NCBI GenBank assembly: GCA_002269645.1
Contig: NIVC01000019.1
Coordinates: 744,001 to 808,000, forward strand
Source of the DNA: Macrostomum lignano
Taxonomy: Eukaryota
Direction: 5' to 3'
DNA: 64,000 bases
Under the pieces are notes generated by a model that had not been told where the DNA came from, ran no database searches, and was given only the letters and a program-made list of their open reading frames with translations. How positions within the stretch are numbered: position 1 is the first letter of the stretch; each line of letters opens with the position of its first letter. The translations under genes and the position numbers were made by a program. Shown here one piece after another: positions 60,562-64,000 of this stretch.

Positions 60562-61308
60562 GCAGATCCTCAGTTGCTGGGCCAGCCTCTCAGATCCCCA
60601 GTTGCTGGGCCAGCCTCCCAGAGCCTCAGTTGCTGGGCCAGCCTCCCAGATCCCCAGTTGCTTGGCCAGCCTCCAAGAGTGTTAGCTGCTGGGCCAGCCT
60701 CCAAGATCCCCAGTTGCTGGGCCAGCCTCCAAGATCCCCAGTTGCTGGGCCAGCCTCCCAGATCCTCAGTTGCTGGGCCAGCTTCCCAGAGCCTCAGTTC
60801 CTGTACCAGCCTCCCAGATCCTCAGTTGCTGGGCCAGCTTCCCAGAGCCTCAGTTGCTGGGCCAGCCTCCCAGATCCTCAGTTGCTGGGCCAGCCTCCCA
60901 GAGCCTCAGTTTCTAGGCCAGCCTCCCAGAGCCTCAGTTGCTGGGCCAGCCTCCCAGAGCCTCAGTTTCTAGGCCAGCCTCCCAGAGCCTCAGTTTCTAG
61001 GCCAGCCTTCAAGAGCCTCAGTTTCTAGGCCAGCCTCCCAGAGCCTCAGTTTCTAGGCCAGCCTCCAAGAGTGTCAGTTGCTGGGTCAGCCTCCCAGATC
61101 CCCAGTTGCTGGGCCAGCCTCCCAGATCCTCAGTTGCTGGGCCAGCTTCCCAGAGCCTCAGTTCCTGTACCAGCCTCCCAGATCCTCAGTTGCTGGGCCA
61201 GCTTCCCAGAGCCTCAGTTGCTGGGCCAGCCTCCCAGAGCCTCAGTTCCTGTACCAGCCTCCCAGATCCTCAGTTGCTGGGCCACCCTCCCAGATCCTCA
61301 GTTTCTAG
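60562..61308. repeat. 28-bp intronic minisatellite, same family as 32475-32770
   Basis: About 26 copies of GGGCCAGCCTCCCAGAKCCTCAGTTGCT and variants. Confidence 0.93.
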
Positions 61309-61348
61309 GCCAAGAACAGACAGCAGCCAAACCGCACCTGAATTGCAG

Positions 61349-61426
61349 GCGATGCGGACGCTGGTGACGCAGACAGAAGAATGGCACATCAGAATCCGCA
61401 TCAACTCGGACGGACTTGTGAAATAG
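61349..61426 (+). CDS. SLC6 transporter, probable terminal exon
   Basis: Acceptor TTGCAG|GCG, phase 0; AMRTLVTQTEEWHIRIRINSDGLVK* resembles SLC6 C-termini. Confidence 0.6.
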   Translation, partial: AMRTLVTQTEEWHIRIRINSDGLVK

Positions 61427-62139
61427 TCCGGGAGGAAATGGACTGTGCTGACTAATTTGCTCTGCCACTGTATCGGATTGCTCTCCACAGGTAGAAGAAA
61501 TTCAACAGTTTGTTAATCTCATTTTTATGCGCTTTAATTCGAACAATTTTCTTTGCTAACTACCTTTCGGCTTGCCATAAGTGGCTTTATGCTGCTAGAG
61601 TAACATTTTACCGTTTTTTAAAACCAAATATTTGTAGTTATTTTGTTGCAAACTGTTTTAAGGTATACTTACTTCTGTGACTACTCATAATAATCAGCAG
61701 TTTGTGCTGCACAATTTTTAGACTAATTTTTGTAAAGTGACTTATTCGTAAGCTGTCTGCAGCTAAGTTTGGTTATTCTATTCTCAAATTGTTTGGGTTC
61801 TTATTGAATTTGTACCACTATTTACATTAGTAACCTTTGAGTCGCACTTTTGCATTGTTTTAAGATAATTCCTCATTCCAGGGTTGGGACATTATATCTT
61901 CATTATTTGTTTACTTCTACTTTACACTTTTTTGCGAACCATAGAAACTATTAATATGGCTTGATTTTTGTCTTTTCTCTTAACGATCCATTTTTGTGGT
62001 AAATTTCCATGTAAATTCCTGCGACTGGCTGCTCACGCAATCAGATATCTGTGTTAGATATTTGCTATTTTGAATTTTCATCTATAGTTTAACCTGACTG
62101 ATGAAACTGGCTTTTCTATCAACTGTAATTACTCTTCTG

Positions 62140-63160
62140 ACCAGCCCCCACCATCCAGTCCCAATGTACACTGGCTCTCAACCAGCCCCCCACCATCCAG
62201 TCCCAATGTACACTGGCTCTCAACCAGCCCCCCACCATCCAGTCCCAATGTACACTGGCTCTCAACCAGCCCCCCACCATCCAGTCCCAATGTACACTGG
62301 CTCTCAACCAGCCCCCCACCATCCAGTCCCAATGTACACTGGCTCTCAACCAGCCCCCACCATCCAGTCCCAATGTACACTGGCTCTCAACCAGCCCCCA
62401 CCATCCAGTCCCAATGTACACTGGCTCTCAACCAGCCCCCACCATCCAGTCCCAATGTACACTGGCTCTCAACCAGCCCCCCACCATCCAGTCCCAATGT
62501 ACACTGGCTCTCAACCAGCCCCCACCATCCAGTCCCAATGTACACTGGCTCTCAACCAGCCCCCACCATCCAGTCCCAATGTACACCGGCTCTCAACCAG
62601 CCCCCCACCATCCAGTCCCAATGTACACTGGCTCTCAACCAGCCCCCACCATCCAGTCCCAATGTACACTGGCTCTCAACCAGCCCCCCACCATCCAGTC
62701 CCAATGTACACCGGCTCTCAACCAGCCCCCCCACCATCCAGTCCCAATGTACACTGGCTCTCAACCAGCCCCCCCCCACCATCCAGTCCCAATGTACACC
62801 GGCTCTCAACCAGCCCCCCACCATCCAGTCCCAATGTACACTGGCTCTCAACCAGCCCCCCACCATCCAGTCCCAATGTACACCGGCTCTCAACCAGCCC
62901 CCCCACCATCCAGTCCCAATGTACACTGGCTCTCAACCAGCCCCCCCCCACCATCCAGTCCCAATGTACACCGGCTCTCAACCAGCCCCCCACCATCCAG
63001 TCCCAATGTACACTGGCTCTCAACCAGCCCCAACCATCCAGTCCCAATGTACACCGGCTCTCAACCAGCCCCCCACCATCCAGTCCCAATGTACACTGGC
63101 TCTCAACCAGCCCCTACCATCCAGTCCCAATGTACACCGGCTCTCAACCAGCCCCCACTC
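62140..63160. repeat. About 42-bp minisatellite with a variable poly-C run (CCACCATCCAGTCCCAATGTACACYGGCTCTCAACCAGCCCC)
   Basis: About 24 copies. Confidence 0.95.
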
Positions 63161-63754
63161 TGATGTACGCTAATTGAAAGCGCTTTTCAATCAGCCTTCA
63201 ATATATCAGGTTAAAACAAGTTTAACAGCTGAATTCTGTATAAAAAGGTATGAATTTCAAAGTTTTTAAACTTGTCCTCACTGCAGGGTTATAGTTGCTC
63301 AATCGGTCGTTAAAGAACTCATTTAACCTTAAATTACTTTTTTTTAATTAAAACGAACTCTAATTAGTGTATTACTTCCGACAGTTGTATGTGCATTCGT
63401 TTGTAACAATTGAAACAGCTGTTTACGGTGTTGAACAACCTGAAGCTGTTTTATTTATAAACAAATCACTTCTCTGATTTTATTGAAGCATTGCACTACT
63501 AGCAGTAGCAGGCGCTTGATAATTCGATGAAGCTACGGCCTTCTTTTGTTACTGTGATTTTTTTGAGCGATAAAAATGTTTAAAAACTGTTTACTGTCTA
63601 AATATACACAATTTTATGACTAAATTCCGTGGTTTTACGTTCCTCACCCAGTTGCGCGAGGGTAAATTACTTGTTTTTCTACTAATTATGGCTACTGTGT
63701 CTTTATCTGTGCTTCATTTTCACTCAGTTTTCTCAATTCTGACTGGATACTGCC

Positions 63755-64000
63755 ATTGATGAGGTAGCGCCATTCCTGATGAGGTAGCGCCATTCCTGAT
63801 GGGGTAGCGCCATTCCTGATGAGGTAGCGCCATTCCTGATGGGGTAGCGCCATTCCTCATGAGGTAGCGCCATTTCAGATTATTTAGAGCCATTCCTAAT
63901 GAACGTAGCGCCATTCCTGATGTGGTAGCGCCATTTTTTATGAGGTAGTGCCATTCCTATAGGGTAGCGCCATTTCTGATGGGGTAGCGCCATTCCTGAT
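63755..64000. repeat. 20-bp tandem repeat (GAGGTAGCGCCATTCCTGAT), running off the window edge
   Basis: About 12 copies. Confidence 0.93.

Noticed and set aside
62101-63177. 358-aa Pro/His-rich ORF (PHHPVPMYTGSQPA)n
   Set aside because: All frames are open by virtue of a 42-bp repeat, and the poly-C length shifts frame repeatedly. There is no evidence of coding.

Overview
Eukaryotic, intron-containing genomic DNA. The organism is most likely a flatworm of the Macrostomum type; this is inferred from a TAL-family gene, GC/CpG-rich exons and introns packed with minisatellites, and is not proven. Supported host genes: GPR89/GPHR (5' part, minus), an intact 2-exon clan-3 cytochrome P450 (minus), a 2-exon EF-hand plus dynein-light-chain TAL protein (minus), a ZC3H3-like CCCH zinc-finger gene (plus), an orphan single-pass TSP1-like/PPxY membrane protein (plus), a candidate small secreted peptide (minus), a 4-exon ATAD5/ELG1 (minus) and a divergent multi-exon SLC6 transporter (plus). 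Mobile DNA: two Merlin/IS1595-type transposase relics, an internally deleted DIRS/Ngaro-type retroelement inserted in a foldback-like 21-bp-repeat element, a decayed RTE-like LINE, several MITEs with readable TIRs and target-site duplications, and about 20 tandem arrays. The most notable unannotated signals are: (i) a frameshifted, intronless PARP-type (H-Y-E) ADP-ribosyltransferase lying between the foldback repeat blocks, invisible in the ORF track; (ii) RFX X-box motifs, both as a tandem array abutting the GPR89 start and embedded four times in ATAD5 coding exons; (iii) AT-rich domains with an apparent CpG-to-TpA double-transition signature. All calls were made by eye; no database searches were run.
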